From Owenia fusiformis (lineage: Eukaryota), in NCBI GenBank assembly GCA_903813345.2, contig CAIIXF020000001.1, forward strand, positions 48,980,001 through 49,044,000: DNA of 64,000 nucleotides, read 5' to 3'. Each line of letters opens with the position of its first letter. The stretch's first letter is position 1. The translations under genes and the position numbers were made by a program. Shown here one piece after another: positions 26,501 to 38,500 of the stretch. A model generated the notes under the pieces. The model was not told where the DNA came from and did no database searches. It was given only the letters and a program-made list of their open reading frames with translations.

Positions 26501-29500
26501 GGGTACCGGTGACAGTTTGGGTAATAATATAAATCACTTCTGACCTATGCGCTGACCTTTCTTCCACCATTCAGCGAGCCTGAACAAACATACGCCAAAT
26601 GCATTCTAATTAAATATGCGCATGTCATTGGTCAATTCCGTGCTCAACGATGACGTCAGAAGGAATGACCATATATAGAACGTCGGTCAAATTTGGCCGA
26701 CGAACACTGATAGGCGCGGTGAGTTCACAGGTTTATTTTAGTTTGAAAGAGTGAAGACGAAGCTCTCTTTTAAGAAGTGAAGTCAAACGAATGCAAAGGG
26801 TAAAATATCAGATTCTTACATTACAAATGTATCATCATGGTATAATATGGCAATTTCTTTTTTTCTGCATAGGAAAAGGCCATGGCTCATAGTACTAAGT
26901 TATTATGAAAACTTGTTAAATGCTCGGGAAAGAACTTCTTGAGTGATGATTGTAGGTTATTTTATTAGAGCATCTTTCATTTGTAGGACAGAAAGATGTG
27001 ATGTTTATGACAGGATGTAAATAATACATGTAAATATATACTTTTGTAGCCTCGTATATAATTTTTAAATTGATGAATTTTTACTTTCAGTTGCTCCGTG
27101 GAGGAAAGTTACTCTAAGTTGCTGACGAAGCTTGCTAAAGTTGCCAATAACAACAGTCAGAATGGGTAGGTACAGCCTTATATTATCTAATTATTTATCG
27201 GATTGATTTTTTACATAGAATTTTAGATGACTTTCAAATGGTTGTTATATATGTGGTGTGAAGTGGTGACATATTGTTATGTCCAACTTTTTTATGGACA
27301 GTTGGCGACTATAACAAATATAATGTGATAACATTTCACATATTAATGCCTTATTATCCCAACGAACGAAGTTCGTTAGGGATATAGTGAAGCCCTCCGT
27401 CCGTCTGTCCGTCAGTCCATCAGTCAGTTAGTCCGTCCATCTGTCTGGAAGATAACTCAAATACTAGTTGACAGATTTTCTTCATATTTAGTGGAAAGAT
27501 GTATATTGGTAAATAGTTTTACACAAAAAAAAAAATTTTCAAGATGGCCGCCGCTTTAAAAATGACGGGACTTTTTCGCAAAAATCATAAATTTTTCATT
27601 CTAAACCAAAGTAATTAATATTATTGTTTGAAATTTTGGTAGTGTATTCACAACATTTATCTATTTCACATATAATCTGTGTTTTTCATCCTGACCCCCA
27701 GGGGACATGTATGGGGGGACAGGAAAACAGAAATTTTCGCTAATTTTTAGATCTTTCTGAAGTATAGCTTTATTATACTCAAATGAAAGGTAATTAAGAG
27801 TGGATTGCAAATATTGTATATTTTTTCTGATTCGAGCCTCGTAAAATTCAAAATGGCCGTCTAATGTACGATTTCGCAATAATTTTTCGATCCCTTCAAA
27901 GTATGGCTATATTATACTCAAATTGAAGGAATTTTGGAGTAGATCACAATTATGGTATTATTTTTCAGATTTGTACCTCAGAAAATTCAAAATGGCTGCT
28001 TTGCAGGAATTCGCAATTCTAAAATCTAATTTTTTCATTTTCAACCAAAGTAATGAGTATAATTGATTGGAATTTGGTAATTGATATTTTGTTCGTTGGG
28101 ATTTGCTACTCCGCGGAGTTGCCGTTATCTAGTTGATGTTGTTTTGAACTGTGCCTATATCTGATACATTAAAAGTTTCTCATTCGGTAAAAAAAATAAC
28201 AGCTAGTGGTTATAATGTTGAAAACAATCATGATTTATATGTTCGCAACAGTGATTATTAAATTGTCGAAAACAAATAAGAGACCAGGATGTATCATCTG
28301 GATTTATAGCCTACTTTCCAATCTAGAAGAACATGTACTTTTTTCCGTTATATCAACTGTTATATAAATTTAATTATAAAGAAGTGTTCGGATATTAAGT
28401 TTCTGCAAATTGGCAATTTGATATTCAGTTTCATTAAATGGTGCAGTACAATTCTGTCTAAATGTTAACAATCAATAAGAGTTCCAAAAACAAATTATTA
28501 TACCAATATTTTTTATGGCAGCAATAAACTATCATTTTTATAACATCTTATCTACTTCGTATATTAAGTGTAAATTAGATTAAGAAAACCTTTTTGTGCA
28601 AAAGTAATTTATAAGAGGATTAGACCTCATTTCCACCTCTTTTTGAAACCTTATTCACTATAACATTTTATTGACAGAATGTAGGCCCTCCAGCCTCACC
28701 TCCCTATTCTACTTAACCTCCCCCTAAGGTAGACCTGCATGATGATAATTTTTATGTAATTTTCAGATTAATTACTAATTATAAATCAAAAAGTAAATTT
28801 TTCACATTTTTATGTAAATATTTACATTTTATGGTAGAATAAATGATTTGTCATCAAAATATCATAAAAAATGTAGAAATGAAATTTCCCAGAAAATAAT
28901 TTGTTCAATTTCTTTGTGAAATTACCTAAGCCTTGAAATATATTATTCTCTACAGTGATCTCCCAAGAACCTTTTCTCCTGGTAGGTGCAAAATTCTCAT
29001 TTTCACAATTCAGACAAAAATTGGTCAAAATATGCCAATTTTTCATGATTTTCCTCATTTTCAAGTGGGTGCAAATGGATTTTCAGGTCGGTGCAAGCAT
29101 ATTTTCAAAATCTCAGGTGGGTGCTGCACCCACTTGCTTTAATGCTGGGGAGATCACTGCTCTATATACTGAATGTACTGCATCATTGGTGAACGGTGAA
29201 CAATCAGGCTGAAGATTTTGAAATTGAATTCATAACAGGGCTAGAAATTACCAGTTGTCTTATCGCTAATGACAGTCACTTTTCACTTTTGGCAACCATG
29301 CTTAGAAATATTCCTTGCCTATTAAGCAATGGACTAATTGCCAGCATGGTAAATTGTGGCAAGAAAGTTTCAACCCTAGTGAAGAACCCTGATCCATGAA
29401 CAACTGCATCATCTCTATGAACCTAATTTTATTCCTTATTTGCAGTTCATTTGCCTTATTTTGGCAGGTATTGAACCTAATTTTATTCCTTATTTGCAGG

Positions 29501-32500
29501 TCATTTGCCCCATTTTGGCAGGTATTGAACCTAATTTTATTCCTTATTTGCAGGTCATTTGCCCCATTTTGGCACGTATTGAACCTAATTTTATTCCTTA
29601 TTTGCAGATCATTTGCCCCATTTTGGCAGGTATTGAACCTAATTTTATTCCTTATTTGCAGGTCATTTACCCCATTTTGGCAGGTATTGAACCTAATTTT
29701 ATTCCTTATTTGCAGGTCATTTGCCTCATTTAGGCATGTATTGAACCTAATTTTATTCCTTATTTGCAGGTCATTTGCCCCATTTTGGCAGGTATTGAAC
29801 CTAATTTTATTCCTTATTTGCAGGTCTTTTGCCCCATTTTGGCAGGTATTGAACCTAATTTTATTTCTTATTTGCAGGTCATTTGCCCCATTTTGGCAGG
29901 TATTGAAGGCCCTTGCAGAGAAGCTGTCCTCTCTACACATGCAGTTGATGCATTCATGGCAGGACCTCATCAAAGATGTACAGAAATACACAGAGGAACA
30001 ACATAAGAAACATAAATCTGTGAGTACCATGTGTTAAATACTGTAAATACACTTATTTGGCTACTGGTTTTAATGACGGATTTGCAATTATTTTCCTAAT
30101 GTGTAAGTATTCCTATTTGGATGTCAGTGCTATGGCAAGACTTACTGAAAGTAGAACACATGAATCTGAAATGCTTGTTTTCAGATCAATGATAAAACTT
30201 GAGCTCAATCCTAACTCCGCCAAAGATAGCCGCCAATATTTGAGTCAAATTGAGTGTATCTACAGTACTATTTCAGTGCATTGATTCAAGGTATATCGTC
30301 AACTGAGCAGAAACATTATTTAGAATCATATTTCGCCTTTTTGATTTCATAATGAACTAAACATTAAAAGAGGGATGTCTTCATTGTGCATTATGATTTC
30401 ATAAAGAATTGGACAATGTCATTTTTATTAAGGAGTGGTGGTATATTTGAAGTATTATTGAATAAAGAACCCTCATATCATTGTTTCTTGGATTTAAAAG
30501 CATTCATGAATGTACTAACCCATTTGCCCCATTTTGCAATGTAATGTTCTCGGACTGTGATCTAGTGCATGATGTGTTCTTTCATCTGAAAGTAGTGAGT
30601 AGCAAAGACCAATTTTGGAAAAAATTGGTGTCCCTATTTTCCACAAATACGCCTTTTTTATGTATGTTTTAACTATTGTTTTCCACCTACCATTGTGGGA
30701 CTTTTGTCACATGTGCATATTTCCAGTGAAAGGTTACACTTAGAAATATTGCAACTTGGTTATTTTCCCATTTTGGAGAAAAAGGTTGATATCTTATCTC
30801 TAGAAATCCAAGGATTGGGTGCAAAATTCACATTCTCATAATTTTGACCGTATAGCATTTCTAAAGGGAAACTCCTTCTGTATTTATGAATCTAAAGAAT
30901 GCTTACCAAAGTCTCTGGACCTGTGTTTGATACAGTTCAATGAACCTGCATGTTACATCATGGTAATTATCAGTGAGATTGAAGAGCAGAATAACATTGC
31001 CTGACTGTATACATTTGACATTGAGATTTATGTTCTCATCAAAAATTATCCAGATGGCATCAATATTTCAGCGTTTCATGAATATTAAGGCAAGTTCTTA
31101 CATATGAGGTTTTGTGTGTTATTTGGAGCATCAACATCATAGTTTGTTTTCATAATTCCATGCTCTATTTCCTTCTTATCTCATGCACAGATCCCTCTCT
31201 ACAATGAAGTAAGGCTAAAAATCGGTCTGTTTTGGACATTTCAAAACTTTGTTAAAAATGTAGCTGAATTTCTGCTTTTTAGGGCAAGGTATAGATTTCC
31301 TCAAAATTTAGTTATAAATATTTTAATGATTTTATATGTATAAGAGCGGGGGGGGGGGGGTCATCCCTTCTAAAGTCCAGATTCACCCTTGCACACATGA
31401 AACACAACCCCCTTCTAAAAAGAAGCATTTTAGAAAGTGGCTAGGTTGGATTCTAGTACAGTGATGATTTGATAACATCAAACATATTTATTCTAATCTG
31501 GTTATACATAAGGGATGGTGTCTGGCATGGTGCTGATACCATGTACAGTACAACCCGTTTAGAGTGAATGCTACTGGGATTGAGTAGAAGTGTTTACATT
31601 GCATTTACAGGTTGCCATAACATGGGAATCAATAGGACATTAAAAAATAAAATTGTTTACAATGGAAAAGTGTTTACATTTCACAGTGTTCATTTTAGGG
31701 AGGTATTATTATACATGAGGGTGTTTACATATGCAGGTTTTAAAGTATATGTACAGTAATTCTCTATCGTTAAACTCAACTTGATCATCTTGATCGTATC
31801 ATCGCAACATGTAAATGTCATCACACCATGAAGTCTGCAAAACTTTGCATGCTGTAACTAATTGAACTTGTTAGTGTCCATGATGGTTTTACTTCTTGTT
31901 TTCTTAGTTCTGATCTGAGGAATAGTATTTTAAAATTAGGGGTTGTTATTAATCTGTTGACTATTAAAAATTTTATTGTGATTTAGTAGTCAAAAGATTA
32001 CTCCTTATTTTGTAATGACTATAGCAAAATATATTATAAATATTTTCGAATATTATATTAATTTTCAATCAAAAATCACAACTACAACACAGTGAAATAT
32101 TTAATTTGGCAGTATCTTGATTGATCCAAACCACAGTGTTGACTTACAACCTACCACTGATATATCTTACTGCTTTCATCTGACTGTTACCTATGTACCT
32201 ACCAGGCTTTACTACCATGTGACATAAAATCTCAACCAATCAGCATTGAGCTTTTCCAGTTGAATTTGGAAGAATATGGGTAATAAATTTCATTCATTGA
32301 TTTGTTGGGCAAGGTACATGATCAAATCAAGCATCTGTATCTGGAAGAACGAAGTTTCTGATTTTGGAGATCAATAACTTTGATGGAGTCCAGCTGTTTC
32401 AGATTTGGTTAACAAGCTTCATATTATTATTTTTATTGATCAACATATTAAGTTAAGGAGTTTATTATGTAGAATGGTAATAGTTTCTGGAGTAAGATGA

Positions 32501-35500
32501 ACTGTTGATATGGTCAGTCTAATATGCATAGTACATGATAACATGGTTGATTCAGTTATGTGCCACTAAATTATGAAAAAAGGAATTTTATCCTATGCCA
32601 AGTAGAGTTTTAGGGAGATAAGCTGGTAAGATATATCCCGTATCCTGATTTTGAGGTTTCCATATCCAGAACCTCCATATCTCCCGCCATATCTCCCACT
32701 TCGGTGCATATCTTCCCGCTTCCGGTGCATATCTTCCCGCTTCCGGTAATGCAATAAAATGACTTTGCATATGAATGATTTGTTTATTTTTACACCTTGT
32801 ACTATTGAAATGGCCATATGCCCCTGAAAACTCAACTTGGTCCGTCCGTCCGTACGTCCGTCCGTCCGTCTGTCCGTCCGTCCGGGCAATAACTCAAATA
32901 CCGTTGGCCCGATTTTGTTCATATTTTGTACACATATACCCTATGGGGGTAGAAGTTCTGCTCGAAAGCCGATTTTCAAAATGGCCGCTCATTTCAAAAT
33001 GGCGGCCATTTTAGTGCCGATTTTACAGTAATTTTGGTGCAATATGTAAAACTGTAATAGCAATATGTTTTAAATGTCAAAAATTTTTAAAGGACATTAA
33101 TAGTGCTACAAATGTAGATATTAAAGAAGCACATGGCAGCCATCTTGAAAAATGGCCGCCTTTACTCGTCATTTTACGATTTTTGCTGTAACTCAAAAAA
33201 TAGTGGAGCGATTTTGTTCATATTTGGTATGTGAATACTATAAGCGTTGCACACTGTCTAAAGACACTTTTGGTAGAAGGCGGCCATTTTGAAAAATGGC
33301 CGCCATTTTGACGTATTTTACTATAACTCGAAAAGTAGTGGAGCGATTTTGTTCATATTTGGTATGTGAATACTATAAGCATGGCACACTGTCCTATGAC
33401 ACTTTGAGTAGAAGGTGGCCATTTTGAAAAAAAATTGAAAAATGGCCGCCATTTTAACATATTTTACTATAACTCCAAAAGTAGTGGAGCGATTTTGTTC
33501 ATATTTGGTATGTGAATACTATAAGCATGGCACACTGTCCTATGACACTTTGGGTACAAGGCAGCCATTTTGAAAAAAAATTGAAAAATGGCCGCCATTT
33601 TAACGTATTTTACTATAACTCGAAAAGTAGTGGAGCGATTTTGTTCATATTTGGTATGTGAATACTATAAGCATGGCACACTATGACACTTTTGGTAGAA
33701 GGCGGCCATTTTGAAATATTTTTTTTATAAGCATAAGCATGGCACACTGTCTATTTCTAATGACACTTTTGGTAGAAGGTGGCCATTTTGAAAAATGGCC
33801 GCCATTTTAACATTTTTTACTATGACTCGAAAAGTAGTAGAGCAATTTTGTTCATATTTGATATGTGAATACTTTAAGCATGGCACATTGTCTAATAAAA
33901 CTTTGGGGAGTAGTCGGCCATTTTGAAAAATGGCCACCATTTTTATGTGTGTTATTTAACAAGTACGTGTGCGATTTTTCAAAAATTTTAGAGGTGGCTA
34001 CTTAAAAGCATATTATTTCTTCTGATGACAACTTGGCTAGTGAGCAACCATTTTGAAAATGGTGGCCTTTCTGGTGTGTTGTTTTATGATATTTGCTATT
34101 CGTTTGTAAAAATGCCTGCCATTTCTGTTCGATGGGATTCGCTACGCTTTGGCGTTGCCGTTGTTCTGGTTAGAAAATGCTCCCAGTTTAAAAGGAATCT
34201 CACACAAGTTCAGGAAGGCGTTTTGATAATTCACAATATTGGTCTCAATATTGGTTTATCATGATGTTAAATACCACATTTTCACAATATACAGACTCAT
34301 GTGAGCTTACCAAATCATTTCATCCTATAATAGTTTGTCTCTTCTTTTTCTAGTTCCATCCCTGGCCTATACATCAAAATGATTGTGTTGATGAAATGCA
34401 TTTATTCATATGTGGAAACAACATCCATACTTTATGTTATAATCAATGCACTCTAATAGAAACTTGTTATTATAAATATGCAAGAGATCTTGGACACTTC
34501 TATTCATGGGGGGATAATATTATTATGTAAACTGTAAACTTTGCCATGTTTGATTTATGGGTTCTTAGTCAGTGAAAAGTAATATATAAGAATAATGTTA
34601 ATCATTTATGATATAAATCGGCATTAATCATATGTAATTGTGCAATAAAACAATTGTTGATAAGGGTGAAAAATGAAAAAGACACTTTTGAGTCAATCAT
34701 AAAGCTTTCAGCCTGGTTGTGAGTTTTTCCGAAACATTAACCTTACTGTTATTTATTGTTTAGGTGAAGGAATCTGAATCCAGTACAATAGAAACAGTGC
34801 AATCCATACAAACAACCACAGTTGCTTTACAAAAAGTAAGTAGTGTTTTATTTAGAGAAAGATCCCTCAACTGGAAATATTTTAAAAATCTAATCCACTC
34901 ATAAATGGATATTAGCTAATGGCAGACATGACACATATCCTATTGTCGCATGAAAAAGGATTTGAAGATCTGATTTGACAAAGCCAATTAACATCATAAC
35001 CTCATTATTCTTGAAATATTTTTGTAATCTATTTTGGCAAAGGCAGTTAATATTATAACCTCTATTCTCAACATTATATTTTTCAGGCTAAAGACTTGTA
35101 CCACACCAGGAGTATAGAGTACGAGAAGTTAAAACGGGATAACGCATCTGCTAAAGAAGTAGAAAAAGCAGAAGTAAAGTGCAAAAAAGCAGGTATGATT
35201 CCCCATTTCTGTATTTTTGTATTTTATATAAAAAGCTTATAGACATGAGACTGTTATGGTAGATTATGGATCAAACAGAGAGAAGGCTTATATGTCATTG
35301 ATTAAATTGATTTTGACATTTCAATTTAGGGCTTAACTAAATAGCTTCATTTCTCATTCAAGTAACCTTGAAATATCACTAATTTGTAATGATATGTAAC
35401 TTACACAATCAAACCTTCATTTCTTTGATTATCAAACATAATATTGAAGCTTAAAAAATTCATCAAAAAGAATATGAATTAATTGCCTTTTGAAATTGAA

Positions 35501-38500
35501 AAAGATGCAAGTAGTTTATTCTATGTAAAGCTTTTATATTTACAGAGAAGAGTTATGTCCTTGTCTATTGATTCTGCAAGTTACAAAACATTTTAGAGTT
35601 ATTTTAGAGCCATTGGCCCTTTAATTAATGATTATGAAATATGAAACACTTAGTTTGTGGTCTTTAGAAAGTCTAATTGAGTACCACGATGTTGAGTAAA
35701 TGTAATTAAATGGCAATGGTGAGACTTTGATTAGAGGAAGTAGATAAGGGAGGGGATCAACTTTCATTATTCCCAATCACACTAGGTTTACTTATTACTG
35801 ATAATGTCATTTACCTGCAGATGTTTTGATATGGTTTTCAGTTAAGATTTTTGTTATTCTATTTTGTCATTTGTTTTTCAGGTGATGACTATAAAGGTCT
35901 AGTGGAAAAATACAATAATATTAGGAATGATTTTGAAACAAAAATATTTGACGCATGTAATGTAAGTTGTTGTTTACATTGAAAAGCATTCACATTTGTC
36001 ATACAAATATATAAGGAAATGTCAGATGTATTTAGAAATTGATACTATTCCCAAGAGAATCCACTTCATCTGCACTCTTTAAATTGCAGATAATTTTTTC
36101 ATCTTGTGTGTCATCAATCTGATCTTTTTGTACAGTACATGTAGTCAAAAATCACTGCACTACATTGATTTTACTTATTAGTAAAAGATTTACATATAGT
36201 TAAAATTTGTTCCACATTAATCTCATGCAGGGGATTAAAGGCGTTCAGCATCTGTAAGAAATACAACAAATGGCAGGTAGTGCCATTTTTCATGTTCATG
36301 TTGTTGAAAAATTGCTTCGATCTCACCTTATGGCTTTATTTTCAGAAATTCCAAGAGATTGAAACAATGCACATACAGCAGATGAAGAGCTTTTTAGCCA
36401 CATATGCAAAGGGTTGGGAGGGGGGCCATACACTCATAGGCCAAGTACATGAAACATTTAGGAACAGTTTAGATGAACTCAATGAGGAAAAGTTATTAGA
36501 AACATTTGTTGAGAATAAAAAGACTGGTGCTGAGAAACCAGGTAAAGAAAATTTATTTTTGTAAATTATGCAAATTTTATATTTTTGGACAACACAAATG
36601 TTCTCATTTGTGATATTTATAATATGAAATATTTTATAAAGTTCATTATGGTTTTGAAAACATATTTCAATATTTTTCATTTATGTAAAACTAAAATCAG
36701 AAATATTTTTAGTGAAAGATTTCTAGAAATAGATTGTTCTCATTAGTACTGTGTGGAGTTATTTATTGGCAACCATCCAGGCTACAAACACATTGACATA
36801 ACCTTTGACCTCTACGCAGATAGCTTACTATCTATCGATGTGTACTTTGATTTGTATTAAAATAAAACTGCATATTGGCAATTTCACATATGTAGTGTTT
36901 TATTTAAGGTTTAATACAGTTTGAGGAACCTGACTTGTCTTCATTGCCAGCTGCAACATCAAGTACCTCGCTAGAAAGCCAAGATAAAGCTCCAGTAGAC
37001 AAACCTAAACCTCTAAGTCTCGGTAAGTTGAACAGACCCTTTTTAGCAAAATTTTAATATTTTCTTCTTTTTGTTAATTTCTCGTAATGTTTCTTTCTAC
37101 ACTTGCTCAAATGATTTGGTAATGGTGTATCTTTTGTATTTTTATCTTATTCTTAATTTTTTTATGAAATAAACAGTGAATTTAGTAATGCTTTATTTTT
37201 AACTCTTATGCATGAATAATTACATCTGTATATGCATGAGGAAAAGGGATTATATATCCTCAATCTGTTTTGGGGAATGCACCTCCTTTCTCCTCACTAG
37301 GTGTTAAAGGGAAACCTTAAAGGAATTAGAAGTGATAGAGAGTTTAAAGTGTTGGAAGCAATCTTCAAAAGGAATGCCAATTTTTAAATGACAATTCTGA
37401 TCTCATTTTTTTTAACTGAGAATTTAGATATTAAATATATAGAAGTTTTTGATGATTTTAGATTCAGAAATGTCCAAATTCAGTACTCTTTTTAAAACAT
37501 GCAAGATAACCCACAAAATCACAGTGTTATCCTAAAATAAATTAAGAAATTATGGACATTTTAGAAACTAGGCATAGCATGGAATGATGACTCCAAAACA
37601 TATAAACTAGTAATTATTTTTTTGCCGAACTAATTCTCAACTTGTCTCTATCCCTTCTAGTCCCATTTATGTCATCTATTTCTGCATGTTGCACTGTTGT
37701 AGGTGTTGGTGACATGTCTTTTGGCAATTCAACATATCACATGCCTCCTATAATACGTGGCAGTCCAGTATCAAGCCCAAAAACCAAGCGAACAACCACA
37801 TGGGGAAGTCCCAAAGGATCGCCTAAATCTCAGAAATCGGGGCAACACTCTCACGACAAAGCGCCATCTGGCGTTAGTCACAGAACCAGCCCAGTTCTAT
37901 CAAAACTCACTGATCCCTTTGGTGCGCTGACTCTAAGGGGCTCAAAGTGTAAAAAATGTTGATGTTGCTTTGTTAAATTGTTTGATATTATAGGATAATT
38001 ACTGCTTTTTGGAGGAAGATCAGCATCCTGTGTACAGACTGTTCTGTTGCAGAATATATTGCTTTCCCAAGATAAGGCAGTCGTAATTATTTCTAGATAA
38101 TGATTATTTAATAATTGTAAGAATATTTAGGATGTTATGAGAAGTGTTTGACCAGTTTGTATAAAATGAGTATTCATTGTGACCAGAGATTACTGCTTCC
38201 ACAGAATTCAACAACATGTTTTGATTACATCTGAATGAATATACATTTGCAAACTATGAGATTTCTATGCAAATCAGAAACTGGAGATCTGTGTAATTTA
38301 ATTCCTCGATCTAAATGATTGCTAAATACATACAAATAAAAAGATTGACAAATACAATTTTGAAAAGAAAAATCCTGAAACTCTTTGAAACTGCTTTCTT
38401 TATTAGCCTCTGTATACATGTATAAGTACCTTTTATTAATCAAGTAGATTCATTTTTCTTGTATGCTTTTGCTTAACATTATTTTACTTCTTTCTTGTTG

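Noticed and set aside
29418..29907. CRISPR-like appearance of this and other short-unit arrays (25764, 42157, 54366, 55133)
   Set aside because: Units are head-to-tail with no unique spacers, there are no cas genes, and the context is eukaryotic.
29302..30030. 242-aa minus-strand repeat ORF ([18 protein letters not shown])n and the alternative plus-frame ORFs
   Set aside because: By-products of the 54-bp array being stop-free in several frames. Only the FCHo frame has homology and splice support.
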